Source: Octopus vulgaris (lineage: Eukaryota). Taken from it: DNA of 64,000 nucleotides. Every line of letters starts with the position of its first letter. The stretch's first letter is position 1. The position numbers were made by a program, and so were the translations under genes. This document shows positions 53,641 to 64,000 of this stretch, one piece after another. The DNA is taken from contig OX597842.1 of the NCBI GenBank assembly GCA_951406725.2, positions 6,944,001-7,008,000 on the forward strand, read 5' to 3'. Under the pieces are notes generated by a model, which was given only the letters and a program-made list of their open reading frames with translations, was not told where the DNA came from and made no database searches.

Positions 53641-54790
53641 CTATAGGAACAAGTCATGGAATACTATAGAAAGGACAAAAAAGAAAATAGGGAAGGCCAA
53701 CTCTTGGTATAATAGCCATAAATACCAGAGTGTCATGTTCGTTGACACCACACCTGGAGGTGAACTGGCGTACCGCTTTAGAAGGACCCTAGACAAACTT
53801 AAGCTAAGGATTAGGGTTGTTGAAAAGCCAGGCAACCCTATCAAATCTATAATTGGTAGAACCTATCCTTTTAGTAGAACCCCCTGTACGGATAAGTACT
53901 GTACTGTATGTAGATTTAGCCCACAAACAAACTGTAAAGCCAGAAATGTTGTCTATAGTATAAGATGTATAGAGGGACGATGCAGTAACAAGACAACGAC
54001 ATACGTAGGGGAAACGGCAAGAAGCATAGGAGAGCGGGTAAATGTCCATTGGAGACAACTCAAGGAAGGTAAAAGCTCATCGATTCTGTACCAACACACC
54101 GAACAGGAACACGGGGGAAACAATTAACAACATAGAAATTAAAATATTGTCCACACATAGAACAGATGCAACAATCAGACAAATTACAGAAGCTACACAC
54201 ATAATAGAAAATAAACCTAACCTGAATAGAAAACTAGAATGGAACACTAGCACACACCACAACATATGACGGTAGAGGATCCCCATAAACTGGTTACAAT
54301 ATAAACAAAACCGAAAACGTAATAAATAAAATACAGATAAATAAACAAATAGAAATAAATAACTATATGAGTTTGTTTTTTTTGTTTAATTTAAAAGATT
54401 TTTTTAAATTTATTATTACTAGTATTGTTGTTATACATACATACATACAAGCATATGTAATGATAATAATAAGTGGATGTAAACGCATGAACATATATAA
54501 ACAGAAGATACAAATATTACAGGCATCCCCCCCACACACACACTAAATAAACATAGACGCACATAGAGATATACGCATGAGCAAATGAAGACACATACAA
54601 TAGAAATACAAAATGGCTGACGGTTAGTAAGGAGAGACACAAATAAGAAAGAAGAAAACAAAGGACCACTGATGCGGTCACAGGAGTGTGACGAAAGAAC
54701 TCTGGCCGAAATAAGATTAAGATTAGTGTAAAAAATAAATATCACTGAAGCAAAATAACACCAAATATATAGTGTGTGTGTTTTTATTGG
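53641..54790 (+). mobile_element. Penelope-like retroelement 3' end: RT thumb/linker plus GIY-YIG endonuclease (one frameshift near 54120) and pLTR
   Basis: SVMFVDTTPGGELA...CTDKYCTVC...CKARNVVYSIRC...YVGETARSIGERVNVH / RQITEATHI...PNLNRKLEWN. Confidence 0.88.
54663..54707 (+). ncRNA. Minimal hammerhead-like motif in the 3' pLTR of the Penelope copy (A9C variant or mutation)
   Basis: CCA-CTGATGC-g-GTCAC(aggagt)GTGAC-GAAA-GAAC-TC-TGG. Confidence 0.6.
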
Positions 54791-54882
54791 CTAAACTGGC
54801 AATATGACCATTCCTAAATACAACAATATCTGTTTCAACACACGACTTCACATAAAAAATCTTGCAAAACAAATATATAAAC

Positions 54883-54939
<57 letters not shown>

Positions 54940-56100
54940 TACATACACATGCACACGTGTTTGTGTGTAAGAAGCCCGTGGTATATATACGACGGGTCTA
55001 GGGGTTCCAATTTTAATTAAGTTTGACCCGGGGCTAAAAAAAACACTTATATTCTTCGTATAGGTGGATGGAAGCACTCCGTCGGTTACGACGATGAGGG
55101 TTCCGGTTGATCCGACCAACGGAACAGCCTGCTCGTGAAATTAACGTGTAAGTGGCTGAGCACTCCACAGACACGTGTACCCTTAACGTAGTTCTCGGGG
55201 ATATTCAGAGTGACAAGGCCGGCCCTTTGAAATACAGGTACAACAGAAATAGGAAGTAAGAGTGAGAGAAAGTTGTAGCGAAAGAGTACAGCAGGGATCA
55301 CCACCCCCTGCCGGAGCCTCGTGGAACTTTAGGTGTTTTCGCTCAATAAACACTCACAACGCCCGGTCTGGGAATCGAAACCGCGAGTCCGCTGCCCTAA
55401 CCACTGGGCCATTGCGCCTCCTTCGTATAGGTATTGCTACACACACGCACAAAATGAAGTTGTGTTCTAAGGGAAGCAATTCCCTTATATAGAACCGTGG
55501 ATTACCTCCCCAATATTTTCTTTTTCTTTGATATAGCAACTATGTAATAATGACAGCAGCCCCACGTGGGTGAATGATCTACTAAAAATAGCAGCCATAT
55601 CTCCTGTCCATTGTACCCCACAATCCCAAAAAGGCAAAAATATATGATGGCCCCCAATAAAAGTCAGGATGGCCTCCACTGGAGTGGCTTTGATGATGGG
55701 TTCATTTTATCAAACCTGGTCTGGGATTAAACATGAATCATAATAAACATGGGTGTCACCTTTATTTCATTGTACTGGAGACATTAATTTACAGTACCAG
55801 TTATATACGGAGGTTGTTTCAATAGATTCAGCGTTATTCTCAGACACATCAGGTGTTTGCTTAGGGTTGTCAGGGGCGGGAGGGGGGCTCTGAGGGGCAT
55901 ATGTTCCCCTCAAGAAACGAAGTGCGCTCATCTAAATAATGTTATTACGCCCTTTACTCTTGGAATTGTATTTCCTTCTGACCTTGTGCCTACCTTTTGA
56001 AAAATTCTTGGGACCACACCTGGCTGTGAATGGTATATTCCTGGGAATAGCAGACGAAACAACTTCATCATCATCACATATTCAACAGCACCAGTTTGGG

Positions 56101-56560
56101 TGCCATGTAAAAAGCACCTGCACCAGTACCACTTAAAAAGCACCCATGTGCTGGTGTCACATAAAAAAAGCACCTGTGTGCTGGTGTCACATAAAAAAAG
56201 CACCTGTGTGCTGGTGTCACATAAAAAAAGCACCTGTGTGCTGGTGTCACATAAAAAAAGCACCTGTGTGCTGGTGTCACATAAAAATAGCACCTGTGTG
56301 CTGGTGTCACATAAAAAAAGCACCTGTGTGCTGGTGTCACATAAAAATAGCACCTGTGTGCTGGTGTCACATAAAAAAAGCACCTGTGTGCTGGTGTCAC
56401 ATAAAAATAGCACCTGTGTGCTGGTGTCACATAAAAAAAGCACCTGTGTGCTGGTGTCACATAAAAATAGCACCTGTGTGCTGGTGTCACATAAAAATAG
56501 CACCTGTGTGCTGGTGTCACATAAAAATAGCACCTGTGTGCTGGTGTCACATAAAAAAGA
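56101..56560 (+). repeat. 30-bp minisatellite, about 14 clean units plus one degenerate (ATAAAAA[A/T]AGCACCTGTGTGCTGGTGTCAC)
   Basis: Head-to-tail identical units, no spacers. Related to the RTE 3'-UTR motif GTGCCGGTGGCACGTAAAAAGCACC. Confidence 0.95.
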
Positions 56561-57171
56561 GGATGTAGGTTTATTACATTAACTCCAGTGTTCAACTGGT
56601 ATTTTTTTTTATCAACTCCAAAAGGATGAAAAGCAAAGTTGACCTTGGTGGAATTTGAACTCAGAACATGAAGACAGATGAAATGTCACTCAGCATTTTG
56701 TCCAGTTTGCTAAAGAGACTGCTAACTTGCCACCTTAAAGAGATAGACATAATATCAATATGTTGTTTTGTTATTTCTTTATTGCCCACAAGGGGCTAAA
56801 CATAGAGGGGACAAACAAGGACAGACAAAGGGATTAAGTCGATTACATTGACCCCAGTGTGTAACTGGTACTAAATTTATCGACCCCGAAAGGATGAAAG
56901 GCAAAGTCGACCTCAGCAGAATTTGAACTCATAATGCAACGGCAGACGAAATACTGCTAAGCATTTCGCCTGGCATACTAACGTTTTTGCTAGCTCATTG
57001 CCTTCATATGACATACTATTAACATGGTGATGTTTTGTGTTGGTGAGTAATATATTACAAGTAAACATAAAAATGTGTGGTGTTGTGCTGTAGTTTTTCT
57101 GTAGTTCTTGTTCTCTTCAGCTTCTTTAATTTACACTGGAGTGTTCAAACCATTGGTACATAGTCACTCCT

Positions 57172-57550
57172 GGAGGCGCAATGGCCCAGTGGTTAGGGCA
57201 GCGGACTCGCGGTCATAGGATCGCGGTTTCAATTCCCAGACCAGGCGTTGTGAGTGTTTATTGAGCGAAAACACCTAAAAGCTCCACGAGGCTCCGGCAG
57301 GGGATGGTGGTGATCCCTGCTGTACTCTTTCACCACAACTTTCTCTCACTCTTACTTCCTGTTTCTGTTGTACCTGTATTTCAAGGGGCCGGCCTTGTCA
57401 CTCTCTGTGTCACGCTGAATATCCCCGAGAACTACGTTAAGGGTACACGTGTCTGTGGAGTGCTTACACATTAATTTCACGAGCAGGCTGTTCCGTTGAT
57501 TCGGATCAACCGGAACCCTCATCGTCGTAACCGACGGAGTGCTTCCAAAA
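57172..57550 (+). mobile_element. Full-length family-C SINE with 14-bp TSD, inserted in an RTE endonuclease remnant (about 57100-57900, -)
   Basis: TSD acatagtcactcct (57158-57171) / acatggtcactcct (57551-57564). The host reads KRAKTYPGTDCRSDH on -. Confidence 0.85.
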
Positions 57551-58366
57551 ACATGGTCACTCCTACAGTCTGTTCCTGGATATGTTTTTGCACGTTTCAC
57601 TGATCTTTTAAATCTTTCATTGATGGAGATATAATTAATTTGCTTTTTCGAGCTGTCACCAGGATCCTTGCTTCATGCTCTTGTGTTATAAGGCTGGGGT
57701 CATCCCAAGTTGGTGGTCACAGAGAAGTCATTATGTGTAGAGCTGACCTGGTTGACCAGTGCTCCCCATCATTAACAATCCCGTCCCAGCCCCTCTGCAT
57801 CATACAAAATGACATTAAGCCTCTGGAGATCTTACTCAATCATGTCCAACCATCTGGTGTGGAGCCTGTGACAGGGCCCCTTCCAGACTGCTACAGCTGC
57901 ATTAATTGAGAGTAAGACCTTGGTAGGCTGATCTGGCAGGGGGTGATGTAATTTCAGAAGATCACTCCATCAGTTACGATAATGAGGGTTCCAGTTGAGC
58001 CAATCAACAGAACAGCTCATGAAATTAACGTGCAAGTGGCTGAGCACTCCACAGACATGTGTACCCTTAATGTAGTTCTCATGGAGATTCAGCTTGACAC
58101 AGAATGACAAGACTGGCCCTTTGAAATACAGGTACAACTCATTTTTACCATCTGAGCAGACTGGAGCAATGTGAAATAAAGTGCCTTGCTCAAGGACGCA
58201 ACATATCCGGGAATTGAACTCACAATATTACAATCATGAGCCAAATACCCTTACCACTAAGCCATATGCCTTCACCAATTTTACAGATAGACAAAACATT
58301 AATACATGGGGTGGATAATAATGTATAAAGTTACACATAGACATCACTGTGTTGGGTAGTAACATA

Positions 58367-59256
58367 CATGGTCTGATCAATAACTACCCAAACTGTTGCT
58401 ATAGTAACGAAGCTAAAGCATGCTGAGTGAAGCTGCTTCGTACAGATTGACCTTGAACTCTGATGTGCATGCACATTAAATGTTAATGTTCTAGCTCACT
58501 TCTACTATTTACAGCAGTGCTTGGAAGGAAGATATGTAGCATGTGATCATTGCATTGACCATGACAGAGAAAGTTGAGCAGAGAATCTGCATCAAAGTTT
58601 TCCAAAAGCTTGGTGATACCTGCTCAGAGGCCTACAGGAAGTTTTCAAAAAGTTTTCATCATTCTCGACACAATCAAGATCTTGTGCAACTGAGACCCAA
58701 GTGTCTTTTTGGTCAGCTGAAAGCAGTTTTGATACAAACTTGGCGAACATGTGTCTCATACCCAGATCTTCAGTGATAATGGACTGTACTGTACTATAAA
58801 TAATCTGCACATTCCCTGATAACTCATGGATGGTGATTTGACAGTTTCCTCTCACAGCTGCCCACACATCTGTGATGTATCCCTCAGTTCTGCTGGTTGC
58901 AGGTCCCCCAGGACGTTCATCAATATCAACATATTTTTGGCCTTCTTGGAAACGTCTGAACCACTCGTACACTTGTGTGCAGCTCATACACTCCTCTCCA
59001 TACTCTCTCTGCAACTTTACATAGGCCTCTGATCAGGTATCACCATGATAACTTTCTCTGTCATGGTCAATGTGATGATCACACACTACACACCTTCCTT
59101 CCAAGTACTGCTGTAAACAGCAGAAGTGAGTTAGAATGTTAAAATTTAGTGCACATGTACAGCAGTGTACAAGGTCAATCTTTGCCAAGTGGCTTCAGTC
59201 TGTGTGCTTTAACTTCGTTACTATGGCAACAGTCCGGATACTTATTAATCAGCAAT
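58367..59256. mobile_element. Mariner derivative made of two inward-facing 5' ends
   Basis: About 270-bp inverted arms, each with TIR, 5' UTR and MTEK start. Minus strand carries YGEECMSCTQVYEWFRRFQEG...DERPGGP...AKFVSKLLS (HTH region). TA at the left end. Confidence 0.85.
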
Positions 59257-59523
59257 ATATAATATAACAGACAGGTATAGCATTGATATATGGTAGTGTG
59301 TTAGGGAGAAATATATAATGTTCGCCTTAGGTTATAGTAGAAGACACTTTCACAAGGTGTCACGCAGTGGGACTGAACCCAGAACCACACGGTTGAGAAG
59401 CAAACTTAACTATACAGCCACACCTACCCTATAAAATGTAAGGAGCCAAAAGAAATACCACTAAGCATTTTGTCCAACACACTAATGATTCTGCCAGCTC
59501 ACCAATTAACACACACACACACA

Positions 59524-59730
59524 TATTTATAGGAGGTTAATTATATTGCCAGTCATAGAGTTGCCAATGGTTTTGCATCCATGAATCACTTAGTCTTATC
59601 GATTGGCTCATCAGACTCCTATGGCCGCAGGCATTAGAGTCTGATAAGCCATCTATAAGACTAAGTGCTTTATGGAGATGAAATCATTGGTCACTCTATG
59701 ACCAGCAGTATAATTAACTCCCTATAAATA
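59524..59730. mobile_element. Compact head-to-head fold-back with hammerheads at 59557-59619(-) and 59636-59697(+)
   Basis: Plus: AGAGT-CTGATAA-...-GAAA-TCATTGG-TC-ACTCT. Minus: GGAGT-CTGATGA-...-AAAA-CCATTGG-CA-ACTCT. The consensus of the two arms is a canonical type-I hammerhead with a 5-bp stem I. Confidence 0.72.
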
Positions 59731-60159
59731 CATTTACTGCTCTAACATTTAGAGTGTGCTTCTTTTTCAGGTATATGATCCACTGACAATAAATGTATAT
59801 ATGTATGTATGTTGTGAAATCACATGGCTCACTGGTTAGAGCGTCAAGCTTACGATTGTGAGGTTGTGAGTTCGAATCCTGGACCAGGCTGCGTGTTGTG
59901 TTCTTGAGCAAGACACTTTATTTCACATTGCTCCAGTTCACTCAGCTGTAGAAATGAGTTGCGACGTCATAGGTGCCAAGCTGTATCAGCCCCTTTGCCT
60001 TTCTCATGGATAACATCAGTGGTGTGGAGAGGGGAGGCCGTTATGCATAGGTGACTGCTAGCCTTCCACAAATAACCTTGCCCAGACTTGTGCCTGGGAG
60101 CCTAACTTTCTAGGTGCAATCCCACGGTCAGTTATGACTGAAGATGGGGTCTCAGCAGC

Positions 60160-60280
60160 ATGTATGTATGTATGTATGTATGTATGTATGTATGTACGTA
60201 CGTATGTATGTATGTGTGTGTGTATGTGTGTATGTATGTATGTGTGTGCATGTCTGTGTGTGTGTATGTATGTATGTATG

Positions 60281-60313
<33 letters not shown>

Positions 60314-60395
60314 GTGTGTGTATGTGTGTGTGTATGTATGTATGTATGTATGTATGTATGTATACACATACATATACATACATACATACATACAG
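60160..60395. repeat. (TATG)n/(TG)n compound microsatellite just upstream of an acceptor site
   Basis: Seen directly. Confidence 0.92.
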
Positions 60396-60419
60396 TAATT
60401 CTATGTATTTCTGTTTCAG

Positions 60420-60554
60420 ACAACCTGACAATATAACACTCTTCAACAATGTCAACAGTGTCAAGTTATGCCTTGGTGTTTTGTCCAAAATGATGGATTA
60501 CCACAACAGGGATGTATTGGTGGTTACACTGGAGGCTGCAGCCTACATGTTTAA
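60420..60554 (+). CDS. MEI1: Internal coding exon (135 nt) of MEI1-like gene: (R)QPDNITLFNNVNSVKLCLGVLSKMMDYHNRDVLVVTLEAAAYMF(K)
   Basis: Acceptor tatttctgtttcag, donor AA|gtaagt. AG+A completes Arg across the 23.6-kb intron. RQPxxIxLF matches MEI1 'RQPEEIKLF'. Confidence 0.87.
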
Positions 60555-61869
60555 GTAAGTTGGTTTTAGCTACATGTGAAAAAGGATTGGCTGGGGACTG
60601 GCAGTGTTGATAGACCCTGGAAATATATAGATGTTAGGGAGAGTCGATTGGGTGGTGACTGGTGGTATTATGTGTTGGATGGAAGCACTCCGTCGGTTAC
60701 GACGACGAGGGTTCCAGTTGATCCGAATCAATGGAACAGCCTGCTTGTGAAATTAACGTGTAAGTGGCTGAGCACTCCACAGACACGTGTACCCTTAACA
60801 CAGTTCTCGGGGATATTCAGCATGACACAGAGAGTGACAAGGCCGGCCCTTTGAAATACAGGAAGTAAGAGTGAGAGAAAGTTGTGGTGAAAGAGTACAG
60901 CAGGGATCACCACCATCCCCTGCCGGAGCCTCATGGAGCTTTTAGGTATTTTCGCTCAATAAACACTCACAACGCTCGGTCTGGGAATCGAAACCGCGAT
61001 CCTATGACCGCGAGTCCGCTTCCTTAACCACTGGGCCATTGCGCCTCCACTTATTATGCGTTGATATACCTTTTAAACATATATCTATATATGAGGGTGA
61101 TTAGACAGTTTGGTTGGAGTATTTGTGTTCATGTCTTCTCACTGTCATCATCATTTTACGTTCACTTTCCATGCTGGCATGGGTTACACAGTTTGACTGG
61201 AGTTGGTAAGCTGGTGAGCTCCATCAGGCTCCAGTTGTCCTTATTGGCAGAGCTTCTACCGCTTGATGCCCTTCCTAATGCCAACTACTTTACTGAATCT
61301 ACTGGGTGTTTTTTATGTGGCATGGGTACTTTTTTGTATGGGTACTTTTTATGTGGAACCAGCTCAAGTGCATTTCATGTGCCACCAGCTCAAGTGCTCT
61401 TTATGTGATACTAGCATGGTACCTATTTCTTTATTACCCACAAGGGGCTAAACACAGAGGGGACAAACAAGGACAGACACAGGTATTAAGTCGATTGCAT
61501 CGACCCCAGTGCATAACTGGCACTTAATTTATCGACCCCGAAAGGATGAAAGGCAAAGTCGACCTCGGCGGAATTTGAACTCAGAACGTAACGACAGACG
61601 AAATACCGCTAAGCATTTCGCCCGGCGTGCTAACGACTCTGCCAGCTCACCGCCTTAGTATCATCAAGTGCACTCTTTACATGGTACCAGCATGAGTGCT
61701 TTTCATGTGGCACCAAGATGTGTGCCAACAGTGCTTCTTATATTGATGCTGAGTGGAGGAATCCTAGAAGATCAATGGTCAGGATCACCAAGCTCTATCA
61801 AGAGAGCAACTGCCATGCATCCTTAGGGGCAGCATCCATGGTTGTGTAATCAGTTAATGAATGATACAC

Positions 61870-61947
61870 TATGTCTCAAGCCTGTGGATTCTGTTCCCAT
61901 GGTCTCTGAGGGAGCCATGGGGACAGAGTCCTCAGGCTTGGGTCATA
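61870..61947 (+). other. About 78-nt imperfect hairpin, pre-miRNA-like
   Basis: tatgtctcaagcctgtggattctgttcccatggtctc...gagccatggggacagagtcctcaggcttgggtcata, with three G-U wobbles on +. Confidence 0.4.
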
Positions 61948-63532
61948 TCTGATGTATGATATACTAAATAGTATTAGTGGTTACAGTTGTCTGTTGCTGT
62001 TTAGCCCTTGGTCAGTCCTGATCCAGCAGACCTATGATGAAAAATGTCCCAGCTGTGATTGTTCTCTCTTTATTCGGATATACTGGAACATCATCGGTTA
62101 CATGGATGAGCACTCCAGATGATCCAGTCAACAGAACAGCTTGTTCATGAGATTGACATGCAAGTGGCTGAGTTTTCTAGACGTACATACCCTTAACACA
62201 GTTCTTGGGGAAATTCAGTGTAATACAGAATGGGACAAGGCTGACCCTTTCAATTACAGGTACCAAATTCATTCGCCTTTCATGTGACACCAGAAAGAGT
62301 GCTCTTTATGTGACACCAACACGAGTGCTTTTCATGTGACAGTGGCATGGGTGCTTTTCACATGGCACTGGAATACCTTTTCTACATAATATTGGCATGG
62401 GTGCTTTTTATATAACACCATCTTGGGTTTGTTTGACATGGTGCTATCATGGGTACTTTTACCATGAGACTAGCACAGGTACTTTCTATGTAACACCAGC
62501 AAGGGTGCTTTTTGCATGACTCTGGCACCTGTAAATATATATGGATATGTGAGGGTGGACTGACTGCGGACTGATATTCTGTGTAGTTACACAAAGGTTC
62601 TCGACATTCTGTGACATTTTTTTGCTTATCTGCTATGCATAGCATAGTAGGTAAAGCTGATGGTTAATGTGGTGCAGTCACCTAGAGGTTCTGAGTTCAA
62701 ATCCAAGCTAGGTACCAAAAAAAATCAACTGAAGTAAAAAATATCATGGAACACAGAGAGTGAAGTGAAAACAGTGTACCCCTGTAGATCAAAAAAGAGT
62801 TAGCTTCAGAATTCCAATAGAGCAACTGAGTTCAACACAAGATACCTGAAGGGGACTGGAGCATACAACAGCCGACACATAGTGAAAGCCACAATCAAGA
62901 TAAGGAGACCAGCCTGACTAATATAAAATGCGTACGTAATTTCGCTTTTACTCTTTTACTTGTTTCAGTCATTTGACTGTGGCCATGCTGGAGCACTGCC
63001 TTTAGTTGAGCAAATCGACCCCAGGACTTATTCTTTGTAAGCCTAGTACTTATTCTATCAGTCTCTTTTGCCGAACCGCTAAGTTACGGGGACGTAAACA
63101 CACCAGCATCGGTTGTCAAGCGATGTTGGAGGGACAAACACAAACACACACATATATATATACATATACATATATACCACGGGCTTCTTTCAGTTTCCAT
63201 CTACCAATTCAACTCACAAGGCTTTGGTCGGCCCGAGGCTATAGTAGAAGACACTTGCCCAAGGTGCCACACAGTGGGACTGAACCCAGAACCATGTGGT
63301 TGATAAGCAAGCTACTTTATTTCATATAATTTGCCACAAGGGCATTACACAGAGTAAGAAGCTTGTGGGCTGGACATAGACAAAATGAGATGAAATGAAA
63401 ACATAATGATAAAGGTGAGAGGGATGTCGGCACCCACCAACCACGGTAAGCAAGCTACTTACCACACATCCACTCCTGCACCTATCTGTAAATGTTTATT
63501 AATATGTACCCCCTTTCTATATTACAAACCAG

Positions 63533-63718
63533 GAAAGAACACTTGTTACTCCCTGTGCCATTTGAACTCCTGAAGGACCTGTGTAAGGCTCTTGCTTACC
63601 ACGTTTACTCTCTCTGTAAACCCTTGTTGCAAGGACGTAAACCAAGTAAGCAAGCTGTTGAAGAGAAATACAGCCAGATCATTACAGTATTCCATTTACT
63701 CCTGGAACAAGCTTGCAG
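63533..63718 (+). CDS. MEI1: Internal coding exon (186 nt) of MEI1-like gene: (K)KEHLLLPVPFELLKDLCKALAYHVYSLCKPLLQGRKPSKQAVEEKYSQIITVFHLLLEQAC(R/S)
   Basis: Acceptor ...attacaaaccag, donor AG|gtactc, phase 2 to phase 2. Resembles MEI1 'RKDHQSTPPVQYGELQALL...ACR'. The gene continues beyond both window edges. Confidence 0.82.
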
Positions 63719-64000
63719 GTACTCCTTACCCTATTTATCTCTTTGGTCATATTAACTTTGGTTTATTTTATAACTAAATTTTGTGTGGCACTATAAAATT
63801 AGTATGGCAGTGTGTGGCTTGGTGGTTAGGGTGTTTGACTCACAATTGTAAGATTGTGGTTTCAGTTCCTGGACTGGACGATGTGTTGTGTTCTTGAGCA
63901 AAACACTTCACTTTGCTCCAATTCATTCAGCTGCAGAAATGAGTAGTGGAGGCACGTGGTCTAGAGGTTAGGATGTTGGATTCATTACAACAAGAATGTG

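Noticed and set aside
55871-56022. hAT-like MITE (CAGGGGCGG...CCACACCTG)
   Set aside because: The TIR is imperfect and there is no convincing 8-bp TSD.
56101-56560. CRISPR-like array
   Set aside because: Units are contiguous with no unique spacers, there are no cas genes, and the context is eukaryotic. It is a minisatellite.
57172-57250. tRNA genes at SINE heads (also 11358, 48687, 59812 and others)
   Set aside because: A and B boxes are present but run straight into multi-copy SINE bodies with TSDs and no complete acceptor stem.

Overview
AT-rich, microsatellite- and SINE-saturated eukaryotic DNA. The repeat families suggest a cephalopod, probably Octopus (inference). Five short + strand exons (25628-25673, 29577-29647, 36711-36810, 60420-60554, 63533-63718) splice in phase into 180 aa that I recognise as part of MEI1, a meiotic double-strand-break accessory protein. 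Everything else is intron, packed with tRNA-derived SINEs, RTE and CR1 LINE fragments, two Penelope GIY-YIG 3' ends, mariner remnants, Tc2/pogo-like and piggyBac-like MITEs, Helitrons, a probable solo LTR and a 5S rRNA retrocopy. The main hidden structure is a dense set of Penelope-type pseudo-LTR remnants carrying minimal type-I hammerhead ribozyme motifs (about ten loci, several unrelated families, including G3-C8 and A6U core variants). Several are head-to-head fold-backs, so an antisense arm is transcribed before the ribozyme; the best has two 531-bp arms at 39224-40374. All calls were made by eye and repeat boundaries are approximate. No database search or folding program was run, and no ribozyme activity is shown.
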